From: Candidatus Limnocylindrales bacterium
GTDB lineage: Bacteria > Moduliflexota > Moduliflexia > Moduliflexales > JAUQPW01
Direction of reading: 5' to 3'
Assembly (NCBI GenBank): GCA_035559535.1
Contig: DATMBG010000057.1
Location: 1 to 57,675, forward strand
DNA: 57,675 nucleotides
The notes beneath the pieces were generated by a model, which saw only the letters and a program-made list of their open reading frames with translations, searched no databases and was not told the origin of the DNA. Of this stretch, positions 10,238 to 21,169 are shown one piece after another. The position numbers and the translations under genes are program-made. How positions within the stretch are numbered: the first letter of the stretch is position 1; each line of letters starts with the position of its first letter.

Positions 10238-11125
10238 TTATTGAAGCAAGTACATGAGCTTGAAAGAACGCCCTTCTGCCATTTGAGAGGATAAATGGGT
10301 TATTCCTTCTACTAACTGTTCTAAAATAGAGAGTCGTTTCTTCTTAGGCTCGATCACCTCGGGTTTGCCTTCAATATTTCCCAATTGGGCAGCTTTTTCC
10401 AGGGCATCCTGGAAATTACCCAATTCATCTACCAACCCATACTCTTTCGCCTGGCTTCCTGTAAAAACCCTTCCATCCGCAATGGATCTTAAAGTTTCTT
10501 TGTTGATATTCCTACGACCCTGAACGATGGCATCTAAAAATTGCTCGTAAACTTCATCGATCATTGCCTGTAGAAGTTTTTTTTCATCTTCGGTCATCTC
10601 CCGATCCGGGGAGAAAATATCTTTATATTTACCGCTTTTAACAACCATGGTCTTCACGCCGATTTTCTTGAACAACTCTTCCATATTCATACCTTGAAGG
10701 ATAACTCCAATACTACCCGTCAAAGTCCCCGGATTGGCAATGATCCAATCTGCTGCACTGGCAATGTAATAGCCTCCGGAAGCTGCAAGGGAGCCCATGG
10801 AAACAACGATCTTTTTCTTTTCTCGAAGTTTCAGGATTTCTTTGTAAATTTCCTGGGAAGGTCCTACACCCCCGCCGGGGCTATCGATTCTCAGGAGAAT
10901 GGCAGGAACTGCTTCGTTATCTCGAAGTTGATGGAGATGCTCGATGATTTCTTTGGAATCTAAAATAACCCCTTCAATCTTAACGAGCCCCACTTTTTTA
11001 ACCGAGCTGACAAAACCCGGCTTTTCTTCCTTTAAAACCAGATAAATCCCAACGGCCACAAAGCCCAGAAAAATGAAAACTACCAGACATATTAAAAAAC
11101 TTAGTATGAAGGTTCGCTTTTTCAT
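10238..11125 (-). CDS. sppA: Signal peptide peptidase SppA, 36K type
   Basis: RIDSPGG, AASGGYY, TGSIGV, KSGKYKD, ADGRVFTG. Confidence 0.93.
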   Translation of the reverse strand: MKKRTFILSFLICLVVFIFLGFVAVGIYLVLKEEKPGFVSSVKKVGLVKIEGVILDSKEIIEHLHQLRDNEAVPAILLRIDSPGGGVGPSQEIYKEILKLREKKKIVVSMGSLAASGGYYIASAADWIIANPGTLTGSIGVILQGMNMEELFKKIGVKTMVVKSGKYKDIFSPDREMTEDEKKLLQAMIDEVYEQFLDAIVQGRRNINKETLRSIADGRVFTGSQAKEYGLVDELGNFQDALEKAAQLGNIEGKPEVIEPKKKRLSILEQLVEGITHLSSQMAEGRSFKLMYLLQ

Positions 11126-11240
11126 GGAAGGATTAAAGAAAACAGCAAGGTATACGATATAGTCTCCTTGCTGCTATTCAGGTAACAGCAAAGTTTGCTT
11201 TAATTTTGAAACGCTGGAAGGCTCCGACAAACAAAAAATT

Positions 11241-11275
11241 AAGAAACCCGCCTTCCTGGAGAAAACGGGTTTCTT
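11241..11275 (-). terminator. Hairpin after rpsA (putative terminator/attenuator)
   Basis: aagaaacccg / cgggtttctt 10-bp stem; T-rich tract follows on minus strand. Confidence 0.5.
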
Positions 11276-11293
11276 GGGCTAACCTCTTCAAGT

Positions 11294-13129
11294 CTAAGTT
11301 TCTTGGGCGGGCTTATCTTCAGAAGATTCGGCTTCGGTTTGAGCTTGTGGGACTTCTGCTTCATGGCCGGTCGATTCCGTTTCCTCATCCTGTTCGGTTT
11401 CTCCAACCTCCTCTTTATAGGCCTTAATGCTTAAGCCGATGCGACGATTTGCTTCATCCAGTTTAATCACCTTGGCCATAATTTCCTGTCCTTCAGATAA
11501 AACATCAGAAGGTTTTTTGATGCGTTTTTTACTGATCTCAGAGACATGAAGTAGCCCTTCAACTCCATTTTCAAGTTCTACGAACGCACCAAAATCGGTC
11601 AACCGAACAACCTTTCCTTTTACGTTAGCTCCCACCAAAATTTGGTTACTGATTCCCTGCCAGGGATCGGGTTGAAGTTGTTTAAATCCTAAGGATAATC
11701 GCTCTTTTTCAACATCTATTCCCAGCACCACCGCCTCCACAACATCTCCCTTTTTGACGATTTCAGAAGGATGCTTCACCCGACTCGTCCAGGACATATC
11801 CGATATATGAACAAGACCGTCGATACCCTCTTCCAGTTCGACAAAGGCTCCAAAGTCTGTAAGATTTCGTACTGTACCTCGTACCACACTACCTACCGGG
11901 TATTTCTCGGCTACTACCGTCCAGGGATTCGGTTCCATTTGTTTCAGCCCAAGCGAAATCCTTCGATTGGCCTTATCTAAATCCAAAACCACAGCTTCTA
12001 CCATGTCCCCGACGTTGGCTATTTTAGAGGGGTGTTTCACCTTTTTTGTCCAGGACATTTCTGAGATGTGAACGAGTCCTTCAACACCAGGTTCCAGCTC
12101 TACAAAAGCCCCATAATCGGTTACACTCACGACTTTCCCCCGGACTTTAGAACCAACCGGATACTTTTGATCTGCAGTTTCCCAGGGATCCGGATACTTT
12201 TGTTTGAGGCCTAAAGAGACTTTTTCCTTCTCCCGGTCAAATTTCAGGACCTTTACTTCGATCTCCGATCCTACGGTCAAGATCTCTGAAGGATGATTAA
12301 TACGGCCCCAAGACATATCGGTGATATGAAGCAGACCATCAATACCACCTAGATCTATAAAAGCTCCGTATTCAGTTACATTTTTAACAATACCCTTAAG
12401 GATCTTACCTTCTTCAATTTGCTGAAGCGTTTGCTTACGAAGCGCTCCACGTTCTTCCTCTAAAATTGCTCGACGAGAGAGTACAATATTACCTCGCCGT
12501 CTATTGAGTTTAATAATTTTAGCCTTAATCGTCTGACCTATAAAGGATTCTAAATTTTTAACCGGACGTAAATCGACCTGGGAACCCGGAAGGAAAGAGC
12601 GAACCCCAATATCCACCGTCAGGCCACCCTTGATCTTTTCCACTACTACTCCCTCTACCACTCTATTCTCCTCATGGGCTTTAGCCATTTGATCCCAGAT
12701 TTGAATCCGATCTGCTTTTTCTTTAGAGAGAACCACCAATCCTTCCTCATCTTCAGTACTCTCCAGATAGACGTCTATCTGATCTCCGATTTTGATCTCC
12801 ATGGGGGCTCCAGTGACCGTTTTAAATTCCCTTAAAGGAATCGTCCCTTCAGATTTATATCCAATATCGATAAGAACTTCTGTATCCGTAATTTGAACGA
12901 TGGAGCCACGTACAATACTTCCTTCCTCAATATCTGCAAGGGTTTCCTCGTAGAGACGGGCTAACTCAGGATCTGGCTTCTCAGCTTCATCCTCCAAATC
13001 GAAATCCTCCTCTTGAGGAATATCTGGATTACCCCGGGAAGATGCGTTTACCTCTTTAGAATCCTCCTTTTTTTCATTTTTAATTTCACCGTTAAAATCT
13101 TTATCAGGTGAGGTTACGTCTTGAACCAT
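11294..13129 (-). CDS. rpsA: 30S ribosomal protein S1
   Basis: Six S1 repeats (YGAFIDLGGIDGLLHITDMSW etc.); AGGAGG RBS. Confidence 0.97.
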   Translation of the reverse strand: MVQDVTSPDKDFNGEIKNEKKEDSKEVNASSRGNPDIPQEEDFDLEDEAEKPDPELARLYEETLADIEEGSIVRGSIVQITDTEVLIDIGYKSEGTIPLREFKTVTGAPMEIKIGDQIDVYLESTEDEEGLVVLSKEKADRIQIWDQMAKAHEENRVVEGVVVEKIKGGLTVDIGVRSFLPGSQVDLRPVKNLESFIGQTIKAKIIKLNRRRGNIVLSRRAILEEERGALRKQTLQQIEEGKILKGIVKNVTEYGAFIDLGGIDGLLHITDMSWGRINHPSEILTVGSEIEVKVLKFDREKEKVSLGLKQKYPDPWETADQKYPVGSKVRGKVVSVTDYGAFVELEPGVEGLVHISEMSWTKKVKHPSKIANVGDMVEAVVLDLDKANRRISLGLKQMEPNPWTVVAEKYPVGSVVRGTVRNLTDFGAFVELEEGIDGLVHISDMSWTSRVKHPSEIVKKGDVVEAVVLGIDVEKERLSLGFKQLQPDPWQGISNQILVGANVKGKVVRLTDFGAFVELENGVEGLLHVSEISKKRIKKPSDVLSEGQEIMAKVIKLDEANRRIGLSIKAYKEEVGETEQDEETESTGHEAEVPQAQTEAESSEDKPAQET

Positions 13130-13190
13130 GTAATTGTTTACCTCCTAGTTTTCATAAAATTTTTATGTGTAGCAACTCTATAACCTAAAC

Positions 13191-13820
13191 CTATCTTTTA
13201 TTTTCGTCAAGAACTTCTTGCTTCAGTTCTCTGATTTTCTCCATAATTAGAGTACTTACCTTGATATACAGTTCTTTTGAAGGGCCCTCATGGGTTATCT
13301 GATCTATATAAATGGGTTTTCCAAACTTGATGAGAACCCTATTCAATCTGGGAAATCTTTTTCCCCTGGGAAGAATTTTATCGGTCCCCTGAATCAGGGT
13401 TGGAATTATCACCCCCTTGGATTTAACTGCTATCATACCGACTCCCAATTTCCCTTCCTGTAACTCTCCCGTGGAGCTTCGAGTCCCCTCCGGAAACATT
13501 AGAAGGACTTCCCCTTGAAGAACGATTTCAATCGCTTTTTTTAAAGCGGCTCGATCCATCCCTCCGCGCTTTACAGGAAAGGCCTGCCATCGGGTTATAA
13601 AGAACCGAAGGACCGGATGTCGGAAGAGTTCTTCCTTGGCCATATAGTGGACCCGACGCCAGATCGAACAGCCAATAATGGGTGGATCCAGATAACTGAT
13701 ATGATTCGAAGCGAGGATAACGCCTCCTTTCTTGGGAATATTGGAACGCCCTATGACTTTAAGACGAAAACAAAGGGTGGATACTATAAAGAATAAACCG
13801 TGAAAGAAGGCGTAAAACAT
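13191..13820 (-). CDS. plsC: 1-acyl-sn-glycerol-3-phosphate acyltransferase
   Basis: NHISYLD and FPEGTRS motifs. Confidence 0.9.
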   Translation of the reverse strand: MFYAFFHGLFFIVSTLCFRLKVIGRSNIPKKGGVILASNHISYLDPPIIGCSIWRRVHYMAKEELFRHPVLRFFITRWQAFPVKRGGMDRAALKKAIEIVLQGEVLLMFPEGTRSSTGELQEGKLGVGMIAVKSKGVIIPTLIQGTDKILPRGKRFPRLNRVLIKFGKPIYIDQITHEGPSKELYIKVSTLIMEKIRELKQEVLDENKR

Positions 13821-13868
13821 GGTTCATGACTCGCTGTAGGTAGTCCGTCATCTTATGCCCATCAGGGA

Positions 13869-14549
13869 CTACGGATTACAGCGCCTAGATAATTTTTTCT
13901 CTACCTCCGATAACATTTTTTCCACCACTTCTTCAACAGAAAGTCCTGTTGAATCAATATAAATCGCATCCTTTGCTTTCCTTAAGGGGGCTACTGCCCG
14001 GGTCATATCCTGGGCATCACGCTGGATAATCTCTTCAGTAAGTTTATCCAGATCAACCGAAATCCCCTTACCTTGCAATTCAAGCCATCTTCGTTTGGCC
14101 CGTTCCTCTGGAGAAGCATCCAGATAAAATTTAATATCCGCCTCTGGAAAAATCACCGTGCCGATATCCCGACCATCCAGGACTACATTTCCTTTAGATC
14201 CTAAGTCCCGTTGGAGGGGTATAAGATTCTCTCGTACCTCCGAAATAGCCGATACGGCAGAAGCCAGGTTTCCCACCTCCTGGGAATATAAAACGGAAGT
14301 TACTTCCACCCCATCCACATAGACTTCATAAGATCCATTTTTACCCCGCCGGATATCTAGCCGGGTTCTCTTCATCAAGTCTAAAAGCCTGGGAACATCG
14401 GTGAAAGGAATTCCTTCTTGGGCCGCTTTCCATCCAATGGCACGGTACAGAGCTCCTGTACTAATATGTACGAATCCTAACTTTTCGGCCAGTAACTTTC
14501 CCACGGTACTTTTCCCCGACCCGGCCGGACCATCAATGGCAATAATCAT
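13869..14549 (-). CDS. cmk: Cytidylate kinase
   Basis: IAIDGPAGSGKST, DGRDIGTVIFP; ATG 14549 preferred over TTG 14561. Confidence 0.95.
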   Translation of the reverse strand: MIIAIDGPAGSGKSTVGKLLAEKLGFVHISTGALYRAIGWKAAQEGIPFTDVPRLLDLMKRTRLDIRRGKNGSYEVYVDGVEVTSVLYSQEVGNLASAVSAISEVRENLIPLQRDLGSKGNVVLDGRDIGTVIFPEADIKFYLDASPEERAKRRWLELQGKGISVDLDKLTEEIIQRDAQDMTRAVAPLRKAKDAIYIDSTGLSVEEVVEKMLSEVEKKLSRRCNP

Positions 14550-14602
14550 CTGAAGGCTCAAGGTTTGAGACCGGTTTTGGATCTCCGGTCCTTTACCCTT
14601 TA

Positions 14603-15682
14603 TTAAAGTTTATCGAATCGACTTACTTTATTCCGTAACCAGTGATCCACCAGAACAAGGGCTACCATGGCCTCTGCTACAGGAACCGCCCTTGGACAGA
14701 GACAGGGATCATGCCGACCTTCTACCCGGATCTCCGCCGGATGACCAAAAATATCCACCGTGGGTTGGGTTTTAAGGATTGAAGAGGTCGGTTTGACCAC
14801 CATGCGAACGATAATATCTTCCCCGTTGGAGATACCCCCTAGAATTCCGCCCGCATGATTTCGAGTCGTTCGAATCTTTCCGTCGATCACGGTAAAAGGA
14901 TCGTTATGTTCGGAACCCATCATTTCGGCGGCAGCAAATCCGGTACCGATCTCGACACCTTTTACAGCAGGTATACTCATCAAAGCCTTAGCCAGATCCG
15001 CATCTAATTTATCAAATACCGGTTCTCCAAGACCAGGAGGCACATGTTGGGCAACAACTTCCACGATGCCTCCCAGGGAATCTCCCTGTTTCCGTGCCTG
15101 CACAATGGCCTCTTCCATCTGTTTAGCCACCTCCGGATCCGGACATCGGACTAGGTTCTGCTCAATTTGACTGAAATCGATTTTTTGGGCTTTAAAACGC
15201 CCCACCTGTTTTGTGTAACCGATAATACGGATTTGTTCCTTCTCCCACAAAATCTTTTTCGCGATGGCTCCGGCAGCTACCCGACCTACCGTTTCCCGGG
15301 CACTGGCCCGTGCTCCCCCTCGATAGTCCCGAAGACCATATTTCATCTGATAGGTATAATCGGCATGCCCTGGGCGAAAAAGATGCTTAATGGGTTCATA
15401 TTTGCTGGAATCTACATCTTTGTTATAAACGATCATGGAGATAGGAGCTCCGGTAGTTTTACCCTCAAAGATACCGGATAAAATCTCAACCCGATCCTCT
15501 TCCTTCCGCTGGGAAGTCACCCGACTTTGACCCACACGACGACGATCCAGCTCTTTTTGAATATCTTCTTCTTTCAGGTCAAGTCCTGCAGGACATCCAT
15601 CGACTACAACCCCTATAGCCTTTCCGTGAGACTCTCCCCACGTGGTCAGGACAAAGAGGTTTCCAAAACTACTTCCAGCCAT
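14603..15682 (-). CDS. aroC: Chorismate synthase
   Basis: GESHG, RPGHAD, RASARET, GRHDPC. Confidence 0.97.
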   Translation of the reverse strand: MAGSSFGNLFVLTTWGESHGKAIGVVVDGCPAGLDLKEEDIQKELDRRRVGQSRVTSQRKEEDRVEILSGIFEGKTTGAPISMIVYNKDVDSSKYEPIKHLFRPGHADYTYQMKYGLRDYRGGARASARETVGRVAAGAIAKKILWEKEQIRIIGYTKQVGRFKAQKIDFSQIEQNLVRCPDPEVAKQMEEAIVQARKQGDSLGGIVEVVAQHVPPGLGEPVFDKLDADLAKALMSIPAVKGVEIGTGFAAAEMMGSEHNDPFTVIDGKIRTTRNHAGGILGGISNGEDIIVRMVVKPTSSILKTQPTVDIFGHPAEIRVEGRHDPCLCPRAVPVAEAMVALVLVDHWLRNKVSRFDKL

Positions 15683-16212
15683 TCTAAAATTTTCCTTACG
15701 GCATTTTCGATTCCCATCGTCGAATTATCAATCACCAAATCGGCCAGCCTTTCATACACCGGAATTCTCTCCTCCAACAGCCTCTGAAAGGATTCGTAAG
15801 GCCGATCGGGTTGAAAAAAAGCCGGTATTCCCCGGGCGATAATCCGACGATAGAGAACTTCAGGATTTACTTTAAGGTAAATAACCTTGGAATTTTTCCT
15901 TAAAGGAATCGAAAGAGAATTATAAATGAACGTACCCCCCCCGGTGGATAGAACACAGCAATTTATGTGCTCCAGCCTTTCAAGGGCCTGTTTTTCTAAG
16001 CCTCGAAAGTAGGATTCCCCATGATTTTTGAATATCTCTCGCGAAGATAATTTCTGTCCGTGCTTTTCCCTATAGAGGGATTCCACAACATGGTCTAAAT
16101 CTATAAACCGCCATTTAAGCCGATAGGCCAGCTCTTTACCGATAACTGTTTTACCACAAGATTTAAAACCGATTAAAATGAGATTAATAAAAATCCAGGG
16201 TCCAAAATCCAA
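15646..16212 (-). CDS. aroK: Shikimate kinase (start uncertain)
   Basis: [11 protein letters not shown]-loop, GESYFR, STGGG; only upstream start is a TTG within a heptamer array. Confidence 0.85.
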   Translation of the reverse strand: MDFGPWIFINLILIGFKSCGKTVIGKELAYRLKWRFIDLDHVVESLYREKHGQKLSSREIFKNHGESYFRGLEKQALERLEHINCCVLSTGGGTFIYNSLSIPLRKNSKVIYLKVNPEVLYRRIIARGIPAFFQPDRPYESFQRLLEERIPVYERLADLVIDNSTMGIENAVRKILEWLEVVLETSLS

Positions 16213-16258
16213 AACCCAAAGTAACCTGTTAAAAACCGGTGAACTCCGGGCTCCGAAT
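16191..16258. repeat. Inverted heptamer tandem array
   Basis: aaatcca gggtcca aaatcca aaaccca ... tgaactc cgggctc cgaat. Confidence 0.6.
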
Positions 16259-17535
16259 TAGGGACTCTCTAATTGCATATTTGCTCCTAGGGCTCTCATG
16301 GAATCAACAAAACCAGGATAGGTTACCTGAATGGCTTCGGCTGTTGTGATTTCCGTTGTTCCTTTAGCTTTCAGGCCGGCAATTGCCAATGCCATGACCA
16401 CCCGGTGATCCCCATACCCCTGAACCAGGCAGCCTTGAAGCGAGCTTTCTTTTAGGACAAGGCCATCCGGTAATTCCTCCACCTGAGCTCCCAACTGGGT
16501 TAAAACCTCCCGCATGGTGGCAATCCGATCCGTCTCTTTAATTCGAGCATGGGCCACGTTACGCAACTTAGTTACCCCTCGGGCGAAACAGCCCACGACG
16601 GCCATGGCAGGTAAAGCATCGGGTGTATCGTTTAGATCCAACTCTACCCCTTGCAATTCCCCGCCCTGGATTCGGATTCCATCTTCTACCACTTGAATTC
16701 GGGCTCCCATTTCTTTCAGATAAGAAATCACCTTTTTGTCGCCTTGCGAGTCCTCCATATCCAAACCTTTCAAAATCACATCTGATTCTGTGATAGCAGC
16801 GGCGCAAAGGGGAAAAGTAGCAGAGGAGAAATCCCCGGGAATGCGCTGCCGAAAAGGTTGATAAGCCTGACCACCTTTTATCTTAAAATACTCCAATCCC
16901 TCCCGTTCATACCGGATTCCCTGTTTATTCAGCCACCACAGGGTCATTTCCACATAAGGCTTTTCTTGAAGGTGGAGAGGTTGTATTTCAGAATTTTTTT
17001 CGGCTAAAGGAGTACTCAATAAAAGACTGCTCAGATACTGAGAGGTTATTCCTTCGACCTGGGTCCGGCCCCCTTTCAGGGGACCCCGCACGACCACAGG
17101 AGCCAGCCCGTTTCCCCGGGTGGAAAAGGCTTCTGCTCCCAGATTTTTTAAAGCGGTTAGCAATGGTCCTACGGAGCGCCTCCGGGTCTGGGAGTCTCCG
17201 GTAAATACAGTGTATTGCAGGCCATGACAGGCCATCCCCATCACTAAACAAAGGGTGGTCCCAGAGTTTTCGACGTCAATAACGTCATCCGGGGTCTGAA
17301 GGTGTCCTCCGGTTCCTTCTACCATCCATTTCTCTTCCTGCACTTCGATATGGCCTCCCAAGGCCTGACAGGCTTTCCGGCAGGCTATGGCATCGGCTGA
17401 AGTTAAAGGATTTAAAATCTCCGACTTTCCCCCGGCTAACGTGGCAATAACAAGGGCTCGAATGGTATGAGATTTAGAAGCCGGAATCTCTATAAGACCC
17501 TGTAATTTGGGTGTTGGTTGAACCTTTAGACGCAT
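16258..17535 (-). CDS. aroA: 3-phosphoshikimate 1-carboxyvinyltransferase (EPSP synthase)
   Basis: PASKSHTIRA, ENSGTT, SQYLSSLL, RIKETDRI, DHRVVMA. Confidence 0.95.
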   Translation of the reverse strand: MRLKVQPTPKLQGLIEIPASKSHTIRALVIATLAGGKSEILNPLTSADAIACRKACQALGGHIEVQEEKWMVEGTGGHLQTPDDVIDVENSGTTLCLVMGMACHGLQYTVFTGDSQTRRRSVGPLLTALKNLGAEAFSTRGNGLAPVVVRGPLKGGRTQVEGITSQYLSSLLLSTPLAEKNSEIQPLHLQEKPYVEMTLWWLNKQGIRYEREGLEYFKIKGGQAYQPFRQRIPGDFSSATFPLCAAAITESDVILKGLDMEDSQGDKKVISYLKEMGARIQVVEDGIRIQGGELQGVELDLNDTPDALPAMAVVGCFARGVTKLRNVAHARIKETDRIATMREVLTQLGAQVEELPDGLVLKESSLQGCLVQGYGDHRVVMALAIAGLKAKGTTEITTAEAIQVTYPGFVDSMRALGANMQLESP

Positions 17536-17554
17536 GTAAAAGAGAACCTGTGCC

Positions 17555-17618
17555 TAAAGTACCCGAACTGTTTAATGTGTCTTTTACTTTAATTCGCTTC
17601 GGGCACCCTAGCGCACTT
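17555..17618. repeat. Inverted nonamer array
   Basis: gtgcctaaa gtacccgaa ... ttcgggcac cctagcgcac tt. Confidence 0.45.
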
Positions 17619-17625
17619 AAGATAC

Positions 17626-18657
17626 TTAACTTATGGGAACGTAGGGCATCTTCTTCCCTATCGCTTCTGCGACCCTTCGACAGGTCTTCATGAGCTCCAT
17701 GAATACATGGGGATAGGTGGCCTGGGGACCATCGCAGAGGGCTTCAGCCGGGTTTACATGGACTTCGATCATAAGCCCATGGGCACCGGCAGCTACAGCA
17801 GCCAGGGCCATGGCCGGAACGTAATCCCGTTTACCCAGGGCATGACTGGGATCTGCGATAATGGGAAGATGGCTAAGACTCTTTACCACCGGAATGGCAC
17901 TGAGATCGAAGGTGTTTCGGGTTGAATCCTCATAGGTACGGATTCCTCGCTCACAGAGGACAATCTGATTGTTCCCTTCCGATCGAATATACTCTGCAGA
18001 CATGAGAAGTTCCTTAATAGTTCCACTGATCCCCCTCTTTAACAAGACCGGTTTATTCGTCATACCTACCTCTTTGAGCAAGGTAAAGTTTTGTGAGTTA
18101 CGGGCTCCAATTTGAATCATGTCAGAATACTTGGCTACCACATCGATATCTCGAGCATCCATCAACTCGGTTACAACCGGTAATCCGGTCTCTTCCCGGG
18201 CTTTTGCTAAAAGTTTAAGACCTTCTACCCCAAGCCCTTGAAAACTGTAAGGGGAAGTTCTCGGTTTAAAGGCTCCTCCCCTCAATATTCTTCCCCCCGC
18301 CGCCTTGACGGCTAAAGCAGCCTGGATCAATAACTTTTCATTTTCCACCGCACAGGGCCCCGCCATGACAACAACCTCATCTCCACCGATTTCCACATCT
18401 CCAACCTTTACAATGGTATCTTGGGGTTTAAAATCCCGGCTAACCAATTTATATTCTTTTAAAATAAGTACCACTTTTTCTACCATGGGTAAGGCTTCAA
18501 AAATTTCCCTTCTAGAAGGAGCATCTGAACCGATGGCCCCTATGACCGTGCGTTCCGCCCCGGTAGATAAATGGGGAGTTAATCCTACCTGCCTGACTTT
18601 TTCCATAACCTGATGGATTTCTTCTTCAGAAGTATGGGGTTTTAAAACGATAATCAT
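17626..18657 (-). CDS. aroF: DAHP synthase, type I-beta with N-terminal ACT-like domain
   Basis: [45 protein letters not shown] 18657. Confidence 0.93.
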   Translation of the reverse strand: MIIVLKPHTSEEEIHQVMEKVRQVGLTPHLSTGAERTVIGAIGSDAPSRREIFEALPMVEKVVLILKEYKLVSRDFKPQDTIVKVGDVEIGGDEVVVMAGPCAVENEKLLIQAALAVKAAGGRILRGGAFKPRTSPYSFQGLGVEGLKLLAKAREETGLPVVTELMDARDIDVVAKYSDMIQIGARNSQNFTLLKEVGMTNKPVLLKRGISGTIKELLMSAEYIRSEGNNQIVLCERGIRTYEDSTRNTFDLSAIPVVKSLSHLPIIADPSHALGKRDYVPAMALAAVAAGAHGLMIEVHVNPAEALCDGPQATYPHVFMELMKTCRRVAEAIGKKMPYVPIS

Positions 18658-18664
18658 AAAACTC

Positions 18665-18742
18665 AAAGTACAAGTACCGTGTACTGAGTACCGGATGGGG
18701 AAAAATTCAGTACCCGGTACCCATTACCCAGTACCCAGCACC
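18665..18742. repeat. Inverted heptamer tandem array (GAGTACC family) overlapping hisC 3' end
   Basis: agtaccg tgtactg agtaccg ... ttcagta cccggta cccatta cccagta cccagca. Confidence 0.65.
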
Positions 18743-19830
18743 TTTTTGAGAGCTTCAATAAATCGTTCATTTTCTTGTTCTGTTCCGATGGTGACCCGCA
18801 GATGATTAGGAAAACCATATCCCTTGACTGGTCGTACGATTACGCCATATCGCAACAGTTTCTCATAAATGGGTCCTGCCTCTTGCCCTACATCGAGCAA
18901 GATGAAATTGGCTTCTGAAGGAACATAGGAAAGTCCCATTTCCTCAAATTTTTTATAAAGGTACTGTTTACCCAACCGATTAATCTCTCGACACTTTGCA
19001 ACATGTTCCCGGTCGTCGATGGCAGCCAGAGCAGCAGCCTGAGCCACGGAATTCACATTAAAGGGCTCTCGAACGCGATTCATAACTTCCACAAATTCCT
19101 CCGGGGCAATTCCATATCCTATGCGCAAACCTGCCAGGCCATAAATTTTAGAGAAGGTTTTAAAAATGACTACCTGTCTGCCTTCCCTCAGATATTTTAA
19201 ACTATCGGGATAATCGGGAGCTTCCACATATTCATCATAGGCTTCATCAATAGCCACAATGACCCGTTCAGGAATGCTGTTCATAAATTTATCAAACAGC
19301 TCTTGACCGACCATGGTTCCTGTAGGGTTGTTGGGATTTGCAATGAAAACCATCTTGGTTTTAGGGGTTATAGCCGCCGCCATAGCCAGTACATCATGGG
19401 TGTAATTCTTCATAGGGACGAAAATCCCTTTTCCACCGATGGCCTGCAAGACCAGGGGATAAACTACGAAGGCATGCTTTGAGATAACGGCCTCATCTCC
19501 GGGTTGAAGGAAGGTTCGCATCAAGATTTCAATGACTTCATTGGAGCCATTTCCCAAAATAATCTGGTCCGGACTCACCCGGTGTTTTTGGGCCAACTTC
19601 TGTTTTAAATAAAATCCGCTCCCTTCGGGATACCGGTGAATATCATGCAACATGCGAGAGATGGCCTCCAGGGCTTTGGGTGAAGGACCGATAGGATTCT
19701 CGTTAGAAGCTAATTTAATCGAGTCTTTAATCCCTAACTCCCGCTCCAATTCCTCAATGGGTTTCCCGGGTACGTAAGGAACCAGAGTACGAATATGCTC
19801 CGGAACTAATGAAGTAATATCTCTGCTCAC
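18724..19830 (-). CDS. hisC: Histidinol-phosphate aminotransferase
   Basis: PYVPGKP, KLASNENP, NPNNPTG, TFSKIYGLAGLRIGY. Confidence 0.93.
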   Translation of the reverse strand: MSRDITSLVPEHIRTLVPYVPGKPIEELERELGIKDSIKLASNENPIGPSPKALEAISRMLHDIHRYPEGSGFYLKQKLAQKHRVSPDQIILGNGSNEVIEILMRTFLQPGDEAVISKHAFVVYPLVLQAIGGKGIFVPMKNYTHDVLAMAAAITPKTKMVFIANPNNPTGTMVGQELFDKFMNSIPERVIVAIDEAYDEYVEAPDYPDSLKYLREGRQVVIFKTFSKIYGLAGLRIGYGIAPEEFVEVMNRVREPFNVNSVAQAAALAAIDDREHVAKCREINRLGKQYLYKKFEEMGLSYVPSEANFILLDVGQEAGPIYEKLLRYGVIVRPVKGYGFPNHLRVTIGTEQENERFIEALKKVLGTG

Positions 19831-19838
19831 AAAAATAA

Positions 19839-19907
19839 GAAGTCAGGAGTCAGAGGTCAGGAGTCAAAAACTCTCCTTCCAATTCCTGACTTCTGATTCC
19901 TGACTCC
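19839..19907. repeat. Inverted heptamer tandem array (GGAGTCA family)
   Basis: gaagtca ggagtca gaggtca ggagtca ... tgacttc tgattcc tgactcc. Confidence 0.8.
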
Positions 19908-19911
19908 TTTT

Positions 19912-21012
19912 TTAGGTTTTGGTAGCTGCTTTTGGATAAGATCCCAGGATTTTTAAAAAAATTGTTTCCTTTTCCAATTCCTGAAGGGCCTGCTTGATGT
20001 TTTCATCCTCCAGGTGGCCTTCAAAATCCAGGAAAAAATAGTAATCCCAGGCTTTGTGTCTGGAAGGTCTCGATTCGATTTTAGTTAAATTAATATTATT
20101 TTTAGCAAAAATACCTAGAATCTCAAACAAAATTCCTACACGATCCTTCACAGAAAAAATGATGGAAGTTTTATCGGAACCTGTTTTTTCCCGGATTTTA
20201 TTTCCTATGACCAAAAACCGGGTGAGATTATTCGGATTATCTTGAATATTTCCTCGAATAATTCTCAAATTGTAGAGTTCGGCTGCCAGCTTGCTGGCAA
20301 TAGCGCCGCAGGATGGGTCTTCACTGGCTATTTCCGCCGCTTTGGCGGTACTTTCCACCTCTATCAGGGGAATAGCAGGAACATTCCGTTCTAACCAATC
20401 TCGACACTGAGCCAGAGCCTGAGGGTGAGAACAGATTCTCCGGATCTTGTCCAATTCCCCTGTTTTAGAAAGAAGGTTCTGGGAGATTTCTAAACGGATT
20501 TCTCCGCAGATTTTCAAGGGAGATTCTATAAAAAGATCCAGCGTATGGGTTACAACCCCTTCGGTGGAATTTTCTATAGGAACCACTCCAAAGTCAGCTT
20601 CCTTGACCTCGACCAATCTAAAAACTTGCTTGATACTTTCCGTTGGAATATATTGGACCGAAAAGCCGAAATACTCCGTGCAGGCCTGATGGGTAAATGT
20701 TGCCTTTGGACCCAGGTAAGTTACCCGAACAGGTTTTTCCAGAGCCAGGGAGGCCGATAAAATCTCCTTGAAAATATTCCGAATAGCTTCATTGGGAAAA
20801 ACTCCCGGATTTAATTTTTCTAATCGTTCATAAATTTCCCGTTCCCGCTCCGGTGCATACCAATCCCAATTTGCTTTTCTTTTGAGTTCCCCGACTCGAA
20901 TGACCATTTCTGCCCGTTTGGTTAGCAGAGCAAGGATTTCGTTATCGATTTTATCAATTTCTTTGCGCAGATTTATAATTTCATCCATGGATTTTCTAAT
21001 CGCTCCCATCAT
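19912..21012 (-). CDS. pheA: Chorismate mutase/prephenate dehydratase (P-protein)
   Basis: LRKEIDKID CM domain, PIENSTEG, SHPQALAQC, TRF, LTKIESRP; start may be 20988. Confidence 0.95.
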   Translation of the reverse strand: MMGAIRKSMDEIINLRKEIDKIDNEILALLTKRAEMVIRVGELKRKANWDWYAPEREREIYERLEKLNPGVFPNEAIRNIFKEILSASLALEKPVRVTYLGPKATFTHQACTEYFGFSVQYIPTESIKQVFRLVEVKEADFGVVPIENSTEGVVTHTLDLFIESPLKICGEIRLEISQNLLSKTGELDKIRRICSHPQALAQCRDWLERNVPAIPLIEVESTAKAAEIASEDPSCGAIASKLAAELYNLRIIRGNIQDNPNNLTRFLVIGNKIREKTGSDKTSIIFSVKDRVGILFEILGIFAKNNINLTKIESRPSRHKAWDYYFFLDFEGHLEDENIKQALQELEKETIFLKILGSYPKAATKT

Positions 21013-21169
21013 CTGTTAAAAGTGCTAAATTTTTATTTAAAAGAGAGTTGGAATAAAAGTCAAGAGGAAAAGAAGTTTTAGAGGAGAATTTTTTCTTGCC
21101 AAACCGGTTGGGTCCCTGTAGCCTGATATCCAGTTCCTTTAGAAAGACGGAGCTTTTAAGGATTTATCA

